From contig NC_052154.1 of assembly GCF_902713615.1 (NCBI RefSeq), forward strand, positions 81,261,072 to 81,325,071: a DNA stretch of 64,000 nt. The letters run 5' to 3'. Under the pieces are notes generated by a model, which saw only the letters and a list, made by a program, of their open reading frames with translations, was not told the origin of the DNA and ran no database searches. Made by a program: the position numbers and the translations under genes. This document shows, piece by piece, positions 63,701-64,000 of this stretch (positions within the stretch are counted from its first letter, which is position 1; every line of letters begins with the position of its first letter). This stretch comes from Scyliorhinus canicula (taxonomy: Eukaryota).

Positions 63701-64000
63701 GAAATGTTCTTGCAGAAACACAAGTTATGAATTCAAATCAACACGAATTTTTAAAAAGTGCAAATCTTGTTTGATTGTCGCTGTAGATTTTTTAAAGACC
63801 CCGTGCGCAGAATAAAGGACATGCAGTAAAGATCAATCGCGCAGATTTGTTTTCAGAAAGCAATGTGACAGCATAGCGAATTGATTCTTAAAACTAAAAC
63901 TGGTGGGAATTATCAAATCGGAGTTGGACATGCCGTTGAAACCGAGAATATTGTAGGGTTTTAAAGGGAAAGCCGGAGCAAGGAACGAACTGAAATTAAA

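Overview
Eukaryotic, repeat-dense DNA. The SINE and LINE families point to a cartilaginous fish, probably a shark (inference). Most of the window is transposable-element derived: five L1-clade LINEs (two bounded by clear target-site duplications), several CR1-clade LINEs, about 15 tRNA-head SINEs, a decayed two-ORF Harbinger transposon plus a matching MITE, and two solo LTRs. One host gene can be assembled with canonical phase-1 splice junctions on the + strand at 20378-26678. It has leader, V-set, C1-set and transmembrane exons. The V exon carries its J-like G strand in the germline exon, with no RSS nearby, and the transmembrane helix contains an Arg. This is a non-rearranging, antigen-receptor-like IgSF receptor (NKp30/NCR3-, PRARP- or UrIg-like architecture). 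Its 3' end shows candidate alternative outputs: two in-phase donors that include or exclude an ITIM-like VxYxxL, and two possible secreted ends. Its final cytoplasmic exon was not identified. Other unexplained structure includes a perfect 76-bp palindrome apparently copied from 1.8 kb upstream, a diverged inverted homologous pair at 52.5 kb and 63.4 kb, and about 20 long G/C homopolymers. Coordinates were counted by hand, and TE boundaries without TSDs are approximate. No database searches were run.
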